The notes: a model not told the origin generated them from the letters alone. A stretch of DNA of 64,000 nucleotides from Epilithonimonas sp. (GCF_032055105.1 NZ_DAMBRK010000002.1:113646-177645); one strand, 5' to 3'. Positions 37,336 to 47,366 are shown, numbered from the stretch's first letter. Numbers and translations are program-made.

Positions 37336-37427
37336 CATTTTTTATTGAGATGTTAGATGATAGAAGGTAGATGTTGGGAGAAAAACGTTAATATTTCATA
37401 AAATAAATAGATTGATGAAAAAAGTTT

Positions 37428-37435
37428 TATTTTTG
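37428..37435 (+). promoter_or_regulatory. Candidate -7 element (TATTTTTG) for bamD
   Basis: Exact match 46 nt upstream of the bamD ATG. Confidence 0.35.
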
Positions 37436-37480
37436 CAACTTAATAATATTCAATATATCAGAATATTCTGACGATTACAC

Positions 37481-38473
37481 ATGAAGAAATATATTAGTTT
37501 GATGTTGATGTCTGTCATTCTATTGTCTTGTAAGACAGAAATGGACAGAGCGATGAAGAGTGCGGACAAAGATTTTATCTTGAAAGTTGCTAACGAAAAA
37601 TTTGCAAAGAAAAAATGGTCAGATGCCTTGGCATTATACGACAGATTGCCAAACCTTGTAGCTGGAACAGACGATGCACCTAACGTTGTCTTCAATTCAG
37701 CTTATGCTAATTACTATGATAAAAACTATAGATTGGCAGCCAACCAATTCAAGAACTTTGTTATCAGTTTCCCTCAGGATTCTAGAAAAGAAGAAGCAGC
37801 TTATTTGTCAGCTCTTTGTTATTACGAAGGATCTTTGCAATATAATCTGGATCAAAGTAATACCGAATCAGCAATCACAGAACTACAAAACTTTTTGAAT
37901 GATTATCCAGATTCTGAACGTTCCAAAAACATCACTCAGCTTGTAGATGAGCTAACTTACAAATTGGAGTTCAAAGCTTTTGAAAATGCTAAGCAATACT
38001 TCAAAATGGCAGAGTACAAAGCTGCAGCTGTAACTTTCGAAAATGTTTTGGAAGACTTTCCAGCAACCAAGCTAAGACCGAAAATCTACGATATCATTTT
38101 GAAATCGAAATACGAACTGGCAATCAATTCTATTTATGATCTTAAAAAAGAAAGATTAGATAACGCAATTGCCTACGCAAAAAGAGTTTCTACAGAACTT
38201 CCAAATACTGAATATTCTAAAACAGCGGATGATTTATCTGCAAAACTAGAAGCTGAAAAAGTTAAATTCGCAGCTTTGCAAGTAGAAGTAGAAAAAAGAA
38301 AAGCAGAATACGAAGAGAAAGTTAAAAATGCTGAAGCTAAGGAAAACGAGAAAAAAGAATTAGCTCAGGAAAAACATCAAGCTAAGATGGAAAACTCTGC
38401 AGATCAAGCAAGAAGAGACAGTGCAAAGGTGAATTCGCCAGAACCACAAGCTACTTTCAAGTTTAAAAGATAA
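37481..38473 (+). CDS. bamD: Outer membrane protein assembly factor BamD with a charged coiled-coil C-terminal extension
   Basis: Lipobox LLSC and TPR-like repeats. Its position upstream of rpoZ is conserved in Bacteroidota. Confidence 0.8.
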   Translation: MKKYISLMLMSVILLSCKTEMDRAMKSADKDFILKVANEKFAKKKWSDALALYDRLPNLVAGTDDAPNVVFNSAYANYYDKNYRLAANQFKNFVISFPQDSRKEEAAYLSALCYYEGSLQYNLDQSNTESAITELQNFLNDYPDSERSKNITQLVDELTYKLEFKAFENAKQYFKMAEYKAAAVTFENVLEDFPATKLRPKIYDIILKSKYELAINSIYDLKKERLDNAIAYAKRVSTELPNTEYSKTADDLSAKLEAEKVKFAALQVEVEKRKAEYEEKVKNAEAKENEKKELAQEKHQAKMENSADQARRDSAKVNSPEPQATFKFKR

Positions 38474-38477
38474 TTAG

Positions 38478-38485
38478 TATATTTG
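38478..38485 (+). promoter_or_regulatory. Candidate -7 element (TATATTTG) for rpoZ
   Basis: Exact match 22 nt upstream of the rpoZ ATG, just after the bamD stop. Confidence 0.35.
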
Positions 38486-38506
38486 CAACCCTAAACAATT
38501 CGTCCA

Positions 38507-38830
38507 ATGAGCCTTAAAGATACAAAAGCAGAAGTAAGTACAATAACTTACGACAAAGATAAAATCGAAGAAAAAGTAGGTAGCATCTATGAGGCTATCG
38601 TAATCATGGGTAAAAGAGCAGAGCAAATCAATGCTGAGATCCGTTCTGAACTTCATGGAAAATTGGATGAGTTTGCTGTTCACAACTCTACTTTGGAAGA
38701 AGTTTTTGAAAACAGAGAGCAAATCGAAATCTCTAAGCATTATGAAAAAATGCCCAAACCCACATCTATCGCTATCAGAGAATGGCTAGATGATGAGATC
38801 TATTACAGAAAAACGGAAGAAAAAAACTAA
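38507..38830 (+). CDS. rpoZ: DNA-directed RNA polymerase subunit omega
   Basis: 107 aa with the YEAIVIMGKRAEQIN motif. bamD-rpoZ-coaBC synteny. Confidence 0.8.
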   Translation: MSLKDTKAEVSTITYDKDKIEEKVGSIYEAIVIMGKRAEQINAEIRSELHGKLDEFAVHNSTLEEVFENREQIEISKHYEKMPKPTSIAIREWLDDEIYYRKTEEKN

Positions 38831-38851
38831 TTTTTTTCCATTAAAAAATAT

Positions 38852-38894
38852 AAAACCGTCTTATTGAATTAATGTTCAATAAGACGGTTTTTTT
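38852..38894 (+). terminator. Strong rho-independent terminator after rpoZ
   Basis: aaaaccgtcttattgaattaatgttcaataagacggttttttt. A long perfect stem plus a T-run. Confidence 0.8.
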
Positions 38895-38939
38895 GTTATT
38901 AAAATTATTAATACTTTCGTTAATAAAAATCAAAACAAA

Positions 38940-40133
38940 ATGAGTTTACAAGGTAAAAAAATCATCCTTGGAATTACAGGTGGAATTGCTGCATACAAAA
39001 TGAATTATCTGGTTCGGGATCTTATAAAATCTGGAGCCGAAGTGAAAATTATTTTGACAAAATCAGCAGAACAGTTTGTCTCTGCGCTCACACTTTCTAC
39101 ACTAAGTAAAAATAAAGTTTACACCGATTTTTATGACGAAAACAAAACCTGGAATAACCATGTAGAATTGGCACTTTGGGCGGACTTACTACTCATAGCC
39201 CCTTGTACCGCTAACTCTTTATCAAAGATTACGACTGGAGTTTGTGACAATCTATTAATGGCTGTTTATATGTCAGCAAAATGCCCCGTGGTTATAGCAC
39301 CAGCAATGGATTTGGATATGTACGCTCACCCAACAGTCACCAAAAATTTGCAAACGGCTGAAAGTTTCGGACATCTAATCATTCCTGCAGAATTTGGAGA
39401 ACTAGCAAGCGGATTAGTTGGACAAGGTAGATTAGCAGAGCCGGAAACGATTTTTTCTTTTATTAAAAACCAGTTTGATGAAGCTAAAGAAACATTTGTC
39501 GGTAAAAAATTCTTGATTACGGCTGGCCCAACTTATGAAAATATAGATCCAGTAAGATTCATCGGAAATCATTCTTCCGGTAAAATGGGATTTGATTTAG
39601 CAAAAGAAGCGGCAAAGAGAGGCGCAAAAGTGATTCTAATTTCTGGACCTTCTTCTCAAAAAATAGATAGTAAAAATATTACACTTCACAAAGTAACCTC
39701 AGCGCAAGAAATGTTTGATGAAGTTTTCAAATATTATGAAAATATAGATGTTGCTATTATGAGTGCCGCCGTTGCAGATTATACTCCGAAAGTAAAAGCA
39801 ACAGAAAAAATCAAGAAAAACGAGAACGAATTAACGATAGAATTGGTTAAAAACAAAGACATTCTCAGAACAATGGGTGAACAAAAAAAAAATCAATTTT
39901 TGGTTGGTTTTGCTTTAGAAACTCAGAATGAAGAAGAAAATGCTAAAGTAAAATTGGTGAAGAAGAATCTGGATTTAATCGTTCTTAATTCTCTTCGAGA
40001 TGAAGGCGCAGGTTTTGCAAATCCGACAAACAAAGTCAAATTTTTCACACCAACCGAGGAACAATCTTTTTCTTTGAAATCAAAAGAAGAAGTTGCAAAA
40101 GACATCTTGAATTTTATTGAAGAAAAATTGTAA
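38940..40133 (+). CDS. coaBC: Bifunctional phosphopantothenoylcysteine decarboxylase / phosphopantothenate-cysteine ligase
   Basis: Flavoprotein N-domain (GITGGIAAYK) and CoaB domain (ITAGPTYENIDPVRFIGNHSSGKMG). Confidence 0.95.
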   Translation: MSLQGKKIILGITGGIAAYKMNYLVRDLIKSGAEVKIILTKSAEQFVSALTLSTLSKNKVYTDFYDENKTWNNHVELALWADLLLIAPCTANSLSKITTGVCDNLLMAVYMSAKCPVVIAPAMDLDMYAHPTVTKNLQTAESFGHLIIPAEFGELASGLVGQGRLAEPETIFSFIKNQFDEAKETFVGKKFLITAGPTYENIDPVRFIGNHSSGKMGFDLAKEAAKRGAKVILISGPSSQKIDSKNITLHKVTSAQEMFDEVFKYYENIDVAIMSAAVADYTPKVKATEKIKKNENELTIELVKNKDILRTMGEQKKNQFLVGFALETQNEEENAKVKLVKKNLDLIVLNSLRDEGAGFANPTNKVKFFTPTEEQSFSLKSKEEVAKDILNFIEEKL

Positions 40134-40223
40134 CAAAAACAATAGTTTTCCGTTATTATTTTGTCCTAGTTGGGATTATTTTTTTGACTAAGAATCCTTA
40201 TTTTTACAAACATTTTTATTTGA

Positions 40224-41129
40224 ATGAAAAAACTACTTTATATAATTTGCGCTTTACTTTTCTCACAAACAGCTTTTTCGCAAGAGCTTTTGGCGAATGT
40301 GCAGATTAATAATCAACAGATAGCAGGAAGTAATACACAGGTTTTCCGAACATTGGAAAAAGGACTGCGAGATTTCATCAACAATACCAGTTGGACCGGC
40401 AAAAAACTTCAGAATTTTGAAAAGATCAAATGCAATTTTGCCATTGTCATTTCGGATCGTCCGTCCAATAACAGCTTCAAAGGTTCGCTTGTAGTCCAAG
40501 CAACCAGGCCGGTTTTCAATTCTCAATACGAAACGCCTTTGATGAATATCAACGACACTAGTTTTTCTTTTGAATACAACGAAAACGAGAATTTGATCTT
40601 CAACGAGAGACAGTTCTCTGGCAAAAACCTCATCGATGTCATCAGTTTTTATATCTACACCATATTAGGTTATGATGGCGACAGCTTTCAGTTAAAAGGA
40701 GGACAACCTTGGTTTGACAAAGCTTTCAAAATTGCTCAAAACTCTCAGAATCAAAACTATGAAGGTTGGAACCAGATAGAAAGTCAAAGAAATAGAGGTT
40801 CTTTGATCTCTGGCTTACAAAACGAAAACACATCTACCTTGCGAACTGTTTATTACAGCTATCATCGTTCGGGTCTAGATAATTTGGCAAAACCAGATCA
40901 GGGGCCAGCTAAGAAAACGATTGCAGAATCTCTGATGCAGCTTAAGTTCTATGAGAATAATTTTCAGATGAATTATGCTTTCGGTGTTTTCATGGAAAGT
41001 AAAAGTACAGAGATATTCAACATTTTTGATACGGGGAACAATGCATCTGTCAACATCAGCGAACTCAAAACTTTGATGTCTACATTAGCTCCAAAAGATA
41101 TTGATAGCAAATGGAATAAGTGGAAATAA
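40224..41129 (+). CDS. DUF4835 family protein (annotated in some databases as T9SS PorD)
   Basis: Signal peptide. Size and conserved position between coaBC and recN in Bacteroidota. The family call rests mainly on synteny. Confidence 0.55.
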   Translation: MKKLLYIICALLFSQTAFSQELLANVQINNQQIAGSNTQVFRTLEKGLRDFINNTSWTGKKLQNFEKIKCNFAIVISDRPSNNSFKGSLVVQATRPVFNSQYETPLMNINDTSFSFEYNENENLIFNERQFSGKNLIDVISFYIYTILGYDGDSFQLKGGQPWFDKAFKIAQNSQNQNYEGWNQIESQRNRGSLISGLQNENTSTLRTVYYSYHRSGLDNLAKPDQGPAKKTIAESLMQLKFYENNFQMNYAFGVFMESKSTEIFNIFDTGNNASVNISELKTLMSTLAPKDIDSKWNKWK

Positions 41130-41160
41130 CAATTTTTAATTGCTAATTGTTAATTTTATT

Positions 41161-42810
41161 ATGCTTTCTAGAATTTTCATTCAAAATTTTGCGTTAATCG
41201 ATCAATTAGACATCGATTTAAAAAACGGACTACAAGTTATTACCGGAGAAACTGGCGCGGGAAAATCTATCATTCTTGGCGCTCTCCGTTTGATAATGGG
41301 CGAAAGAGCCGATGTTAAATCCTTTGCTAAATCTGACGCCAAAAGTATCGTAGAAACCGAATTCCAAATCAATAAGAATTTCAAAGAATTCTTCGATGAT
41401 CATGATCTCGATTTTGAAGAGCAAAGCATCATTAGAAGAGAAATTTTACCCAGCGGAAAATCTAGAGCTTTCATCAATGATGTTCCTGTAACACTGGATA
41501 TTTTGAAGGAATTGTCTTCTAGATTGATTGACATCCATTCTCAGTTTGAAACCTCTAATCTTTTTACAGAAGAATTTCAGTTTGGAATTCTGGACGGATT
41601 GGCAAAAAACAAATCATTGTTGTCCGATTACCAAAATTATTACTCTAGTTATCAGAATACCAAAAGAGAAATTGAGCAGCTGAAATCTGCTCTTGCCGAA
41701 AATAATAAAGAATCTGATTACAAAAACTTCCTCCTTTCCGAATTGGAAGAAATGCAATTGGTTGATCTTGATTTTGAAGAGATTCAGAATCAACTCAATA
41801 TTCAAGAAAATGCAGGACAAATCAGTGAAAATCTTTCTGAAATATTATCAAAACTGAATCAGGATGATTTTGGCGTTTTATCTAATATTTTTGAAGCTAA
41901 AAACAAGTTGAATAAGCTTTCCGAATTATCTTCTGAATATCAAGACCTCAGCCAAAGGTTGGAAACCGCTTATCTGGAACTGAAAGACATTAATACGGAA
42001 ATCGAAAACAAAGCTGAAAATCTGGAGATCGACCCGAATCTTTTGCAAGCTTTGCTAATGACAGTCAACCGGCTGAATTCACTTTTTCTAAAACATCAAG
42101 TGAATGACATCACTGGGCTTTTGGAAATAAGAGAAGAGCTATCCTCTAGCCAAAACTCTCTTGAAACGATTGAAAGTCAAATCGAAGAAAAAGAGAAAAA
42201 CCTTAAACTGATTGAAAAAGAGCTCCAATCTCTAAGTCAAAAATTATCAGAAAACAGAAAGAAATTTTCTTCGGATCTTGAAAATCAAGCGAAAGAAATT
42301 TTCGCAAAACTAGGTCTAGAAAAAGCTATCCTGAAAATAGAATTAACAGATTCTTCTGCTTATAATCTTCACGGAAAAAATAATATTCAAATTTTGTTTC
42401 AGGCCAATTCAGGATTCCCTTTGAAACCTATCCAAGGTGCAGTTTCGGGTGGAGAACGTTCTAGGGTAATGCTCGCCATCAAAAAAATAATGGCACAGAA
42501 TAATGCCCTTCCTACATTGATTCTTGATGAAATTGACACCGGAGTTTCCGGAAGAATTGCTGAAGAAATGGGAAAACTAATGCAGGAAATGGCTCAGGAT
42601 CTTCAATTGATTGTTATCACGCACTTGGCGCAAGTTGCTGCCAAAGGAAACCAGAATTACAAAGTGGTGAAATTTGATGAAAATGCTATTACAAAAACCA
42701 CTATTGTAAAATTATCAGAAAATGAAAAACTGAACGAAATTGCTCAGTTGATTTCCGGTTCTAAGATTACAGATGCTGCTATTTCTCAAGCTAAAGAACT
42801 TATAAAATAA
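41161..42810 (+). CDS. recN: DNA repair protein RecN
   Basis: Walker A GETGAGKS, long coiled coil, signature SGGE and Walker B LILDEIDTG. The ATG at 41161 is preferred over the upstream TTG at 41140. Confidence 0.95.
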   Translation: MLSRIFIQNFALIDQLDIDLKNGLQVITGETGAGKSIILGALRLIMGERADVKSFAKSDAKSIVETEFQINKNFKEFFDDHDLDFEEQSIIRREILPSGKSRAFINDVPVTLDILKELSSRLIDIHSQFETSNLFTEEFQFGILDGLAKNKSLLSDYQNYYSSYQNTKREIEQLKSALAENNKESDYKNFLLSELEEMQLVDLDFEEIQNQLNIQENAGQISENLSEILSKLNQDDFGVLSNIFEAKNKLNKLSELSSEYQDLSQRLETAYLELKDINTEIENKAENLEIDPNLLQALLMTVNRLNSLFLKHQVNDITGLLEIREELSSSQNSLETIESQIEEKEKNLKLIEKELQSLSQKLSENRKKFSSDLENQAKEIFAKLGLEKAILKIELTDSSAYNLHGKNNIQILFQANSGFPLKPIQGAVSGGERSRVMLAIKKIMAQNNALPTLILDEIDTGVSGRIAEEMGKLMQEMAQDLQLIVITHLAQVAAKGNQNYKVVKFDENAITKTTIVKLSENEKLNEIAQLISGSKITDAAISQAKELIK

Positions 42811-42839
42811 AAAACCAAAACAGACTGTTTTGGTTTTTT
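42810..42839. terminator. Bidirectional terminator between recN (+) and the thioredoxin-fold gene (-)
   Basis: aaaaaccaaaacagactgttttggtttttt. Both flanks carry symmetric A and T runs. Confidence 0.75.
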
Positions 42840-42846
42840 ATTGATA

Positions 42847-44010
42847 CTATTTAATACTATTCAGTAGTTTTTCTGTGTCTTCATAATTCTCACCCGATTT
42901 TTTGGCAAGCTCTATTGATTTTTGCGCCCAGACTTTAGCATCTTTTTTATTTCCTGTTTTGTTATACAGATTCGCTAACGTATCGGTGTTTGCATAGTTT
43001 TCATCTTTTTTAACAGACTCTTGCGCCCAAAGTAAAGCGGTCTGTAAAGATGACTGTGTAGAGACATTTTCGAAGAAATTCCAAGCAGCACTATTGAGAG
43101 CCATAGAAGAAGCTGTTGTGTAATCTTTATAGAGTTCTAACATCAGTTTTTCGTAAGTAGGAATATCTTTATTTCTAAATGCTGTACCTGCTTTTTGAGA
43201 TAAAATATATTTGGTTGCCTCTTCTTTTCCCACTACTTTTTCTGCTTCTTTCAAGAACAATTCATCATTATAAGATTTTGTTTCCTTGTTATAAGCCTTC
43301 GTCGAGATTGATTTAAGTTTCAGATTATTATTAATTTTATTATAAGTAGCCTCAGAAACTACAGCCACGATGTCCGCTTTTTTAGACTCAAAAAGTTGAT
43401 ACAATGGAGATTCTGTATTACTTATAGCATTTAGTAAAAGTTGAACATCTTCTTTGTCCAGGTTATTTTTGGTTGAGAAATAACGATCTAACACTTTAGC
43501 CGTAAAATCTGGTTCTGTATAAATTGTAAGTTCTGCAAGGTTTTTAAGAAAACCAGGCTCTTTTTCACCATCTTCAAATTGTTTTTTCAAAGCTCCGATT
43601 CTTCTTTTAGGATCTTGAGCATCTTTAGCAAATTGAAGGAAATCTTTTTCTTCCACATATCCCAAAGTCCTATGCACCACTTCTCCATTACCATCTATAA
43701 AAAGATAAGTAGGATATGCCGTCACTTTGAATTTCTTCGCCAACTCTATACCTTCGCCTTTTTCCATATCTATTTTGGCATTTATAAAATTGCTATTATA
43801 ATAATCTCCCACAGATTGTAGCGTAAAAATGTTTTTAGCCATCAGTTTACATGGTCCACACCAAGTTGTGTAAGAATCTAAGAAGATGATCTTATTTTCT
43901 TTTTTAGCCTTAGCTACTATAGATTTGAAATCAGAGTTTTCAAAAACGATTCCTTGAGAAAAATATAATAATGATGATATGAATGTTAAAAGAAGGAAGA
44001 GTTTTTTCAT
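42847..44010 (-). CDS. Secreted thioredoxin-fold protein with a helical-repeat C-terminal domain
   Basis: Signal peptide, WCGPC active site and a TPR-like C-terminal half. Confidence 0.75.
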   Translation of the reverse strand: MKKLFLLLTFISSLLYFSQGIVFENSDFKSIVAKAKKENKIIFLDSYTTWCGPCKLMAKNIFTLQSVGDYYNSNFINAKIDMEKGEGIELAKKFKVTAYPTYLFIDGNGEVVHRTLGYVEEKDFLQFAKDAQDPKRRIGALKKQFEDGEKEPGFLKNLAELTIYTEPDFTAKVLDRYFSTKNNLDKEDVQLLLNAISNTESPLYQLFESKKADIVAVVSEATYNKINNNLKLKSISTKAYNKETKSYNDELFLKEAEKVVGKEEATKYILSQKAGTAFRNKDIPTYEKLMLELYKDYTTASSMALNSAAWNFFENVSTQSSLQTALLWAQESVKKDENYANTDTLANLYNKTGNKKDAKVWAQKSIELAKKSGENYEDTEKLLNSIK

Positions 44011-44028
44011 TGTTTTAATAGTCAGTTT

Positions 44029-45546
44029 TTAGTTATTATTTAGTTTTAGTAATGGTTCGATATATTCGCGATCGTTGCTTAGTCTTGGAACTTTGTTTTG
44101 TCCACCTAGCTTGCCACGACTTGCCATCCACTCATAGAATAGATTTGATTTTGCAGAATGAACGATTGGCTTTCTTAATGTAATATCGTTATATCTTTTT
44201 GCTTCGTAATCAGAGTTCAAGGATTTCAGGGTTTTGTCGAAGATCTCTGTAAATTCATCGATACAATTAGGTTTCTTGGTAAATTCGAAAATCCACTCGT
44301 GACATCCTTTGTTATTATTAGTCATAAAAACCGGAGCGCCAGTATAATCTGATATACTGACATCCAACTGTTCGCAAACCATTTTGAGTGCCGTTTCTAC
44401 ATTATCAATCATCAGTTCTTCTCCAAAAGCATTGATATAATGTTTTGTTCTACCCGATATTTTGATTCTATAAGGAGCGATGGAAGTAAACTTAACAGTA
44501 TCACCTATCAGATAACGCCAAAGACCGCCATTGGTAGTAATGACAACAGCATAATTCTTGTTCAATTCCACTTCCGAAATAGGAATTGCCTCACGAACTC
44601 CAGCATAATATTGATCCATTGGGATGAACTCATAGAAAATTCCGTAGTCCAACATCAGCAGCATCTCATCACTGTCTTTTTGATCCTGAATTGCAAAAAA
44701 ACCTTCGGATGCATTATAAATCTCGTAATAGCGAATTTTTTTTCCTATGATATCTTTGTACTGATTTTTATACGGTTTGAAGCTAATTCCACCATGAAAA
44801 AACACTTCCAAATTTGGCCAAAGTTCTCCAATACTTTCTTTTCCCGTTTCGTGTAATGTTCTTTGAAGCAAAACCATCATCCAGCTAGGAACACCAGTGA
44901 GGCTACCGACATCTTCGTACTTAACTTCACCAATGATAGCCTTCATCTTACTTTCCCATTCGGACATTAGGGAGGTCTTTTTGCTTGGGGTATTGATAAT
45001 CTCTACCCAAAAAGGCAAATTATCAATCAAGATTGCTGACAAATCTCCAAACTTGGTATTGAAATCCTGATACATCTCTGCACTTCCACCAAGTCTTAGA
45101 TTCTTATGTTGAAATAACTCGCTTTCTGGATGGTTGTTGACATAGATGGCAACCATATCTTTACCTGCTTTGTAATGGCAGTCTTCTAAGCTTTCATCCG
45201 TAATAGGAATATATTTGCTCTTAGCATTCGTAGTTCCAGAAGATTTTGCAAATTGTCTAATAACTCCTGGCCAAAAAACATCTTTCTGGCCTTGTCTTGC
45301 TTTTTCTATATAAGGTTCAAAGTCTTCGTAGCAGACAATAGGCACTTTTTTCTGAAAATCCTTATAATTGGCAATCGTACTGAAACCATACTTCTGTCCA
45401 TACTCAGTCTCTTCTGCATGGAAGAGCTGCGAGAACAAAAGCCCCTCCTGAGTTTCTGTAGGATATTTTTTAAAATGTTCTATCTGATCTATCCTCTGAA
45501 GAATAAACCAATTGACGACCGAGTTAAAAAGTGCTTTCGTTGCCAT
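44029..45546 (-). CDS. GH3 (auxin-responsive promoter) family adenylate-forming enzyme homolog
   Basis: 505 aa. SSGTT P-loop-like motif, YNASEG, and the overall pattern of bacterial GH3-family proteins. Confidence 0.75.
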   Translation of the reverse strand: MATKALFNSVVNWFILQRIDQIEHFKKYPTETQEGLLFSQLFHAEETEYGQKYGFSTIANYKDFQKKVPIVCYEDFEPYIEKARQGQKDVFWPGVIRQFAKSSGTTNAKSKYIPITDESLEDCHYKAGKDMVAIYVNNHPESELFQHKNLRLGGSAEMYQDFNTKFGDLSAILIDNLPFWVEIINTPSKKTSLMSEWESKMKAIIGEVKYEDVGSLTGVPSWMMVLLQRTLHETGKESIGELWPNLEVFFHGGISFKPYKNQYKDIIGKKIRYYEIYNASEGFFAIQDQKDSDEMLLMLDYGIFYEFIPMDQYYAGVREAIPISEVELNKNYAVVITTNGGLWRYLIGDTVKFTSIAPYRIKISGRTKHYINAFGEELMIDNVETALKMVCEQLDVSISDYTGAPVFMTNNNKGCHEWIFEFTKKPNCIDEFTEIFDKTLKSLNSDYEAKRYNDITLRKPIVHSAKSNLFYEWMASRGKLGGQNKVPRLSNDREYIEPLLKLNNN

Positions 45547-45581
45547 TCTTCACAAATATAATAAATTTTGGGAATGGTAAT

Positions 45582-45610
45582 AAAAAAGCCGTAGAGATTT
45601 TCTACGGCTT
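45582..45610 (-). terminator. Rho-independent terminator after rplY
   Basis: The minus strand reads aagccgtagaaaatctctacggcttttttt. Confidence 0.75.
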
Positions 45611-45637
45611 ATATAATTTATAATAATTATCTAATTA

Positions 45638-46279
45638 TTATTCTGCTGAAGTTGCTTCAGTTGTAGCCTCAGCAGCTCCTTCTGTTACTTCTTCTTCATC
45701 GTCATCATCTTGTCCTGCAGCAGCATTTTTGCTAGCATTTCTAGACATCTTAACAGCAACTACTACTGCATTGTCTGGGTGCATGAAAGAATATTTATCA
45801 TTTTTAAGACTTTCTACATAGAACTTGTTTCCAATCTTAAGCGCTGTAATATCTACAACGATTTCGTCTGGCAAGTTAGCTGGGATAGCTTTTACTTTTA
45901 GTTTTCTGTAAGTTTGTCTAAGAACACCACCTGCAACAACACCTTTAGAACGACCTGTAATTCTTACAGGAACTTCCATAATAACTGGTTTGTCCTCGCT
46001 CAACTGATAAAAATCAGCGTGAATGATCTTGTCTGTAATCGGGTGGAACTGGATGTCCTGAAGAACAGCTGGGATTGTTTGTCCGTCAACCTCAATAGAT
46101 ACCGTGTGTGCTTCAGGAGTATAAACCAAACCTTTGAAAGCTTTCTCTTCTGCAGAGAAGTTCAAAGGAGTTTCACCTCCGTAAACAACACAAGGAACTA
46201 ATTCAGCATCACGTAAAGCTTTAGTAGACTTTTTGCCCACGCTTTCTCTTTTTGTACCTTGAATTGTAATAGATTTCAT
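45638..46279 (-). CDS. rplY: 50S ribosomal protein L25 / general stress protein Ctc form, with an acidic tail
   Basis: The N-terminus ([24 protein letters not shown]) is typical of L25/Ctc. 213 aa. Confidence 0.9.
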   Translation of the reverse strand: MKSITIQGTKRESVGKKSTKALRDAELVPCVVYGGETPLNFSAEEKAFKGLVYTPEAHTVSIEVDGQTIPAVLQDIQFHPITDKIIHADFYQLSEDKPVIMEVPVRITGRSKGVVAGGVLRQTYRKLKVKAIPANLPDEIVVDITALKIGNKFYVESLKNDKYSFMHPDNAVVVAVKMSRNASKNAAAGQDDDDEEEVTEGAAEATTEATSAE

Positions 46280-46304
46280 TTTGTATAAAATTATTTTAAG
46301 GGTG

Positions 46305-46312
46305 CAAAGATA
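46305..46312 (-). promoter_or_regulatory. Candidate -7 element (TATCTTTG) for rplY
   Basis: Minus-strand match 26 nt upstream of the ATG. Confidence 0.35.
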
Positions 46313-46322
46313 TTATTTTTTT

Positions 46323-47261
46323 TTAAATAATAAACTTCCCACTTATAGATTTATGTTCGTGTACCATTTTCATCACGTCAGAGAAGAGGTCAGCACAAGA
46401 CAAAACTTTTATTTTTGACGATTGACCTTCTTTTACTGGGATAGAATCTGTTACAATAACTTCCAATAACTTTGAGTTTTCTATATTTTCATAAGCTTTT
46501 CCAGAAAGTACACCGTGTGTCGCCATTGCTCTTACAGATCTTGCTCCTTTTTCCATTAGGATATCTGCTGCTTTGCAAAGTGTTCCTGCGGTATCAATCA
46601 TATCATCAATCAATATCACATTTTTGTCTGTAACATCTCCAATTAGGAACATTTCTTCAACAACATTAGCTTTTTTTCTTTCTTTGTAAGCGATAACAAC
46701 ATCTGCTCCAAGATGACCAGCATAATTCTTTGCTCTTTTTGCACCTCCCATATCCGGAGAAGCAATGGTCAAATTTTCCAAATTAAGAGATCTGATATAA
46801 TCTATGAAAATTGTAGAAGCATAAAGATGATCCACAGGAATCTCGAAGAAACCTTGGATTTGATCTGCGTGAAGATCCATTGTCATAATTCTTGTAGCTC
46901 CGGCTGCAGTTAAAAGATTGGCTACCAATTTTGCTCCGATTGGTGCTCTCGGTTTGTCTTTTCTGTCTTGTCTTGCTAATCCATAATAAGGAATTACAAC
47001 CGTGATATTTTTTGCTGAAGCTCTTTTCGCAGCATCAATCATTAATAATAGCTCCAAAAGATTGTCTGCTGGTGGAAATGTTGAAGCAATCAGGAAAACC
47101 CTTGCGCCTCTTACAGATTGTTCCAAAACTGGCTCAAATTCTCCGTCGCTAAAATATTGAAAATTAATAACTCCTAATGGTTGCCCATAGCTCTGAGCAA
47201 TTTTTTCTGCCAACACGTGGCTGGTTCTGGTAGAAAACAAATAACTTGCTTGATCTGACAT
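46323..47261 (-). CDS. prs: Ribose-phosphate pyrophosphokinase
   Basis: YYGLARQDRK, DLHADQIQGFF and LIDDMIDTAGT motifs. Confidence 0.95.
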   Translation of the reverse strand: MSDQASYLFSTRTSHVLAEKIAQSYGQPLGVINFQYFSDGEFEPVLEQSVRGARVFLIASTFPPADNLLELLLMIDAAKRASAKNITVVIPYYGLARQDRKDKPRAPIGAKLVANLLTAAGATRIMTMDLHADQIQGFFEIPVDHLYASTIFIDYIRSLNLENLTIASPDMGGAKRAKNYAGHLGADVVIAYKERKKANVVEEMFLIGDVTDKNVILIDDMIDTAGTLCKAADILMEKGARSVRAMATHGVLSGKAYENIENSKLLEVIVTDSIPVKEGQSSKIKVLSCADLFSDVMKMVHEHKSISGKFII

Positions 47262-47274
47262 TTTTACTTTTTTG

Positions 47275-47282
47275 CAAATTTA
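47275..47282 (-). promoter_or_regulatory. Candidate -7 element (TAAATTTG) for prs
   Basis: Minus-strand match 14 nt upstream of the ATG. Confidence 0.35.
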
Positions 47283-47323
47283 AAAAATAATGAAAAATCT
47301 GAAAATCGATTTTAAAGAATTAA

Positions 47324-47362
47324 TAAAAAAAAGACCAAAACATTTCTATTTTGGTCTTTTTT
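47324..47362 (-). terminator. Rho-independent terminator after the bacilliredoxin gene
   Basis: The stem pairs agaccaaaa with ttttggtct and is flanked by A and T runs. Confidence 0.7.
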
Positions 47363-47366
47363 GTTC

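Noticed and set aside
38474-38740. 88-aa minus-strand ORF opposite rpoZ, and the 81-aa minus-strand ORF at 37450-37695 opposite the bamD 5' end.
   Set aside because: Both are antisense to well-supported conserved genes and have no motifs or promoter/terminator context.
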